Shown piece after piece: positions 60,038-64,000 of a stretch of 64,000 nt of DNA; the stretch's first letter is position 1, and each line of letters begins with the position of its first letter. The notes beneath the pieces were generated by a model. The model saw nothing but the letters and a program-made list of their open reading frames with translations, did not search any database and had not been told where the DNA came from. Made by a program: the position numbers and the translations under genes. The DNA comes from Basidiobolus meristosporus CBS 931.73 (taxonomy: Eukaryota; Fungi; Basidiobolomycota). The DNA lies in the NCBI GenBank assembly GCA_002104905.1, contig MCFE01000428.1, positions 1 to 64,000 of the forward strand, written 5' to 3'.

Positions 60038-60849
60038 ACCCCGCCCATCCCTGCCATGTAAATTTTTATTTTCGCCCTAAGCCATCCGAAACCTCCTCCC
60101 CCTATCCACCTCAAGCAGTCCCTAATCAGCATACCCTTTCCTTTCCCCTAGCATGAAATCCTTGAACTTGGCAGCCACGCAGCTGAGTTCTCACCATGTT
60201 AATCATCGGCACAGATGATGTTTTCCCGAGAGATCAGCCATGTAATAGTAAATAGTAACCAAATCTGCCTGAAGAAAACTCGCCATTCTGCATCCATTAT
60301 CAATTGTAGAGCATCACAAGTAAATGATCATATGAAGCAACTTCTCGTTGGCCACCGGCTTTTCATCTCCAGCATCTTTCGCGAAATGAATGAGGCTCAC
60401 AGACCCCTGTTTGCGTACCACTGTTGGTATCCCGTGGTTAAATTGGCGACATGCATGATATCCCACTGGGCCTATTGGTGTATGACTCATTTAGGGTCAC
60501 TGTATCACATTGTTTCTGGAGAGGAAAGTCGCGTAATTACGTATCATCTATTGCTGCAGCTTCAGAGGCGGCGGGCGTAATACAATGCTTGACATTTCCT
60601 GAGGATTCACAGGACTCCGTACCATCACCGTTCATATCCGCACCGCATGTTTCCGATCGCCTCTAGACCACGACTCCACGTGGCAAACGACCTTTCACCA
60701 CTGTGATTTTTCATCCAATCTGATAACACTGGAGATCGATGAGTGGTGGATGGATGTGCATTGGTGCATGGATATTCATTATTCCATAACATTTGGGATG
60801 GCAATCGTTTTTAACCTTGAATTACAAAATGAGTGAACAAAGCCCTTCA

Positions 60850-62460
60850 TTACCTAAAATATCCACACCGTGGTGAATATGGATAAATACAATTTACACC
60901 TAAACTGCTCATATATCTCGATTTACCTCTTGACTTATTGCTGAGTTTTGAATTATTTACTTAGGATTTGGTCCCTGATATATTACTAAGATCGGTAAAT
61001 TGGTAAAGTCCTGGAAGCAGTCCAAGCTTCCAAGCTTTTCCAAATGACCCTAAACTGTATAAGTCACTTTCTAAGGCCTTTTCTGGGACAACATTACATT
61101 ACATTTTTGGAAATTTCCAAAGTGCATCTCAATACTTCTCAGGATCTTGCGACAAGTGGAGTGCAAAATATCTAGGTGAGCTCATGCCCTTCATATTGCA
61201 AGATTATATCGAGTGTTAGAAGTGATCTAGAGTACTAGAAGAATTGTACAACAATCACTTGTTTTGTTGAGGTCAAGCTGAGTATTAATAGCTCAAGAAG
61301 AGCTTTGCAAGATGATGCAAAGCTTTGGGCTATGAGTGGTTCCAGGAAGTGGTGTTTAAAGCCTGGAGAGACTTTTAGACAAGTCTGTAAATCTTCATTA
61401 CTTTCCACTTTTACTATCTCTACATCAACTAATTTCTTGCAGCTTACAAGATACTTATCAAGATTATAGCCTACAAGTATACTGACTGAAATCTGAAGGT
61501 ACACAAGTAGTGTATGTGCTCACTAAGTATATGTAATACCTCAGCTGCTTGTGAGACTTGACAAGTACAGATAATCCAGTAGTTTCCTGAATTTAAGCCT
61601 TGGATCACCATTTTGTATTGGTGAAGTACTTTGTCCCTCTACAATTTGCACTTGAGGGAAAAGATTTTCTTTGTAACTGCTCTGCAGAATATGTTGCTAC
61701 TAGAAAAAGCACTTCTAGCTTGTAAGATTTACTCTAACCCCAGAGCATCTTGTTGCACTGTGTTTGATATTTTTTCAATAATTGCTTTTGAGTGAGAGTT
61801 TTGGTGCCATTAGGAGTATCTGGCAGAGCTAGTATACTATATGGTTCTATCTGATAGTATAGTGAGCATCAAAGCAGCTTCTGTACCTTTGTGAGGTCTT
61901 GGTAAGATTAGCACAAGGAGTATGTTTGCAAAGATTGTGGTACCCCTATATGGTTTTTTGAGAATAAGCATAGAGAATATATTGATGAGGGCTCCAAATC
62001 ATGCATGCAAGGTTAGGCATCTGTTGGTTGGCATTCAGACTTATCACAATGTGGGCATTTATCATATTGGTATAAATATTCTTGGTGAATCCCAAAAAAG
62101 ATCTTGAAATTGTAATCATAGTGCTCAAGAGCTAATATCACAGTGTCTAAGGCAATGCAGCTATCTAGCTGTAAGTACAAAATCTATAATACTTTTTGAC
62201 CTGCTTCTCATGTCCACCATAAGAATACTTTGTTGAAATCAGGGCCAGAAGAAATGTCTGATCATATATCATACAAAATCTTGGTTGTATGCTGGTTGAG
62301 CATTATCAGGGCACCATAGAAAAAGGTCAGCAATATCCAAGCATAAAATTTGATCTTGGGGAATGCACTTTCCATCATATGCGCATCAGAGCATTGATGC
62401 ACCAAGTTCTGTCAATGGTCGACATTGATAATCCAATAAACTGGGATGTGGAATGGATGG
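60850..62460 (-). repeat. Unidentified CpG-depleted island with a decayed minus-strand reading frame
   Basis: CpG nearly absent; one frame stays mostly open from about 61720 to 61000 with scattered stops; no recognisable domain. Confidence 0.35.
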
Positions 62461-63057
62461 GGTGCATGTGACACTCTAATCGCACCTCAGAAACATTGAT
62501 ACGAGAAGCCAATAGATTGAACTACATGAGTGGTGTTAGGTTACCATGTCTCATTTTAACGAACTTCCATGAATCGGTAGGAAATATTCGGTGAAAGCAT
62601 CGTCCCATGGTTGCACTGTTTGTTGAAAGCAATTTCGAATTAAATGCACTGGAAGTGGGCAGGAGCAAACAAATAAATGATAGCCAGTTGAGTCAGGTTC
62701 TATGTTTCTCGAACCACTTGTTACGGTCAACTAGTTCACTTGTACTTGACTTGGTGGTTTGGCGGTTACATTTGTGACCACTTCCTCAGAACAACAGTAG
62801 ATATCCCATTACTGAGAATGTTCAGAGGTTGCATACCATCTGCCCCATTCTACTTTGGACAAAATACAATAGTACCGGTTTTCACTCAGCCTGAATACGC
62901 CACTACAACAGTCCTGATAAGCGCTTGAATTTGTGAATATGCTTAATGCCACGTGATGACTATGTCCAATGCATGATTTATTACAAAGTTCGTCATCGCT
63001 CCATGATCAGCATAGAAACTGGATAGCAGTTCTCGCATCAGGGTGTGAAATCCCTTT

Positions 63058-64000
63058 TCAGAGATCAGCTATCTTTACTACCTGCTTTCCGAAGTTCTCC
63101 CCTCTTAGAATGCGAAGGAAGGCCTCTGGGGCATTATCAATACCGTCCATCACATCCTCCTTGTAAATCAGCTTGCCCTCCTTCAGCCATGCCGGTACTT
63201 CCTGAGCAAACTGGGCCCTAAACTCCGATGCAATCTCGGCAACAATAAACCCTTGGACTCTGATACGCTTGGACAGAATCATATGGGTGTTGTAGATCGG
63301 CTCGGGGTTCGAGGTACGATTGTACTGAGAGATCATACCACACACCGGGATACGAGCGAAATCGTTACAATGCTTGAGCACAGTGTCTAGCATCTTACCA
63401 CCGACGTTTTCAAAGTAAACATCGATACCCTTAGGGCAATACTTATTGAACGCTTCGTCCAGATCCATCTTCTTGTAGTTGAATGCTGCGTCGAACTTAA
63501 GCTCGTCAAGCAAGAATTTCACCTTGGAGTCATCTCCAGCCGCACCTACCACTCGCAAGCCTTTGATTTTTGCTATTTGGCCAACCACCTGGCCCACGGC
63601 ACCGGACGCAGCCGAAATAAAGATGGTTTCTCCCTGCTTGGGCTCCCCGATCTTGAACAAGCCAGCGTATGCGGTCATGCCTGGCATTCCCAGAACTCCA
63701 AGGTGGTAGGACAGCGGAATGGAGGATTGTCTTGCCCCATCAATCTTGCGAAGGTTCTTGCCTTCAGAAACCACGGTGTAGTTTTCCCAGCCGATAAGGC
63801 CTTGGACAATATCGCCTTCTTTGTATTCAGGATTCTTGGACTTGATCACCTCACTGACACCGCCGGCATCCAACACCTTGCCGAGGGTAAATGCTGGGGA
63901 ATAGGACTTGGCCTCCGCTTCACGCATTTTCCCGCGCATATACGGGTCGACAGACATGAAGAGATTCCGAAGGAGCACATCGTTCTCGCTGAGGGCCACC
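63058..64000 (-). CDS. NADP-dependent alkenal/prostaglandin reductase-like oxidoreductase (MDR family), 5' end outside the window
   Basis: SVDPYMR, LGMPGMTAY, SAASGAVG, DVYFENVGG, CGMISQYN, GENFGKQVV motifs; stop at 63058; no intron in the visible part. Confidence 0.95.
   Translation of the reverse strand, partial: VALSENDVLLRNLFMSVDPYMRGKMREAEAKSYSPAFTLGKVLDAGGVSEVIKSKNPEYKEGDIVQGLIGWENYTVVSEGKNLRKIDGARQSSIPLSYHLGVLGMPGMTAYAGLFKIGEPKQGETIFISAASGAVGQVVGQIAKIKGLRVVGAAGDDSKVKFLLDELKFDAAFNYKKMDLDEAFNKYCPKGIDVYFENVGGKMLDTVLKHCNDFARIPVCGMISQYNRTSNPEPIYNTHMILSKRIRVQGFIVAEIASEFRAQFAQEVPAWLKEGKLIYKEDVMDGIDNAPEAFLRILRGENFGKQVVKIADL

Noticed and set aside
61180-61230. LTLDNLAI as a Tc1/IS630 DDE motif
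   Set aside because: The expected downstream LPPYSPxLNPIE motif and upstream DE motif are absent.
63058-64000. Horizontal transfer of the intronless reductase from bacteria
   Set aside because: The family is widespread in fungi and plants, the 5' end is outside the window, and lack of introns alone is not evidence; a phylogeny is needed.
1-64000. tRNA, rRNA, snRNA genes, CRISPR arrays, prokaryotic operons
   Set aside because: None recognised by eye; tRNA-like sequence is limited to the PBS sites. tRNAscan-SE and Infernal were not run.

Overview
Eukaryotic, fungal-type DNA: spliceosomal introns of about 55-68 bp, CpG-rich genes and CpG-depleted repeats. A non-Dikarya fungus is my inference, not proven. 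The first ~28.6 kb is a transposon nest that TSDs and LTR termini resolve into six levels: old family-A LTR (A4) < Gypsy B < full-length Gypsy A1 < solo LTR A3 < Gag-protease-only LTR element A2 < intact young Ty1/Copia. A 210-bp MITE sits in the A1 5' LTR and a CACTA transposase relic lies at the left edge. A second CpG-depleted block (~45.8-56 kb) holds a Copia solo LTR, a decayed Copia inserted into an older copy of its own family, and an unidentified repeat ORF with ~69-aa tandem units. Four host genes can be modelled: a ~1250-aa coiled-coil protein, a four-finger C2H2 transcription factor, an MTM1/SLC25A39-40-like mitochondrial carrier, and an NADP-dependent alkenal reductase cut by the window edge. 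The best candidate for an undescribed system is the family-A pair. A recently mobile element (A2) encodes only its own diverged Gag+protease, yet shares the PBS, PPT, LTR termini, a PPT-adjacent hairpin and an apparent CpG-centred 4-bp target preference with an A1-type helper. All alignments were done by eye.
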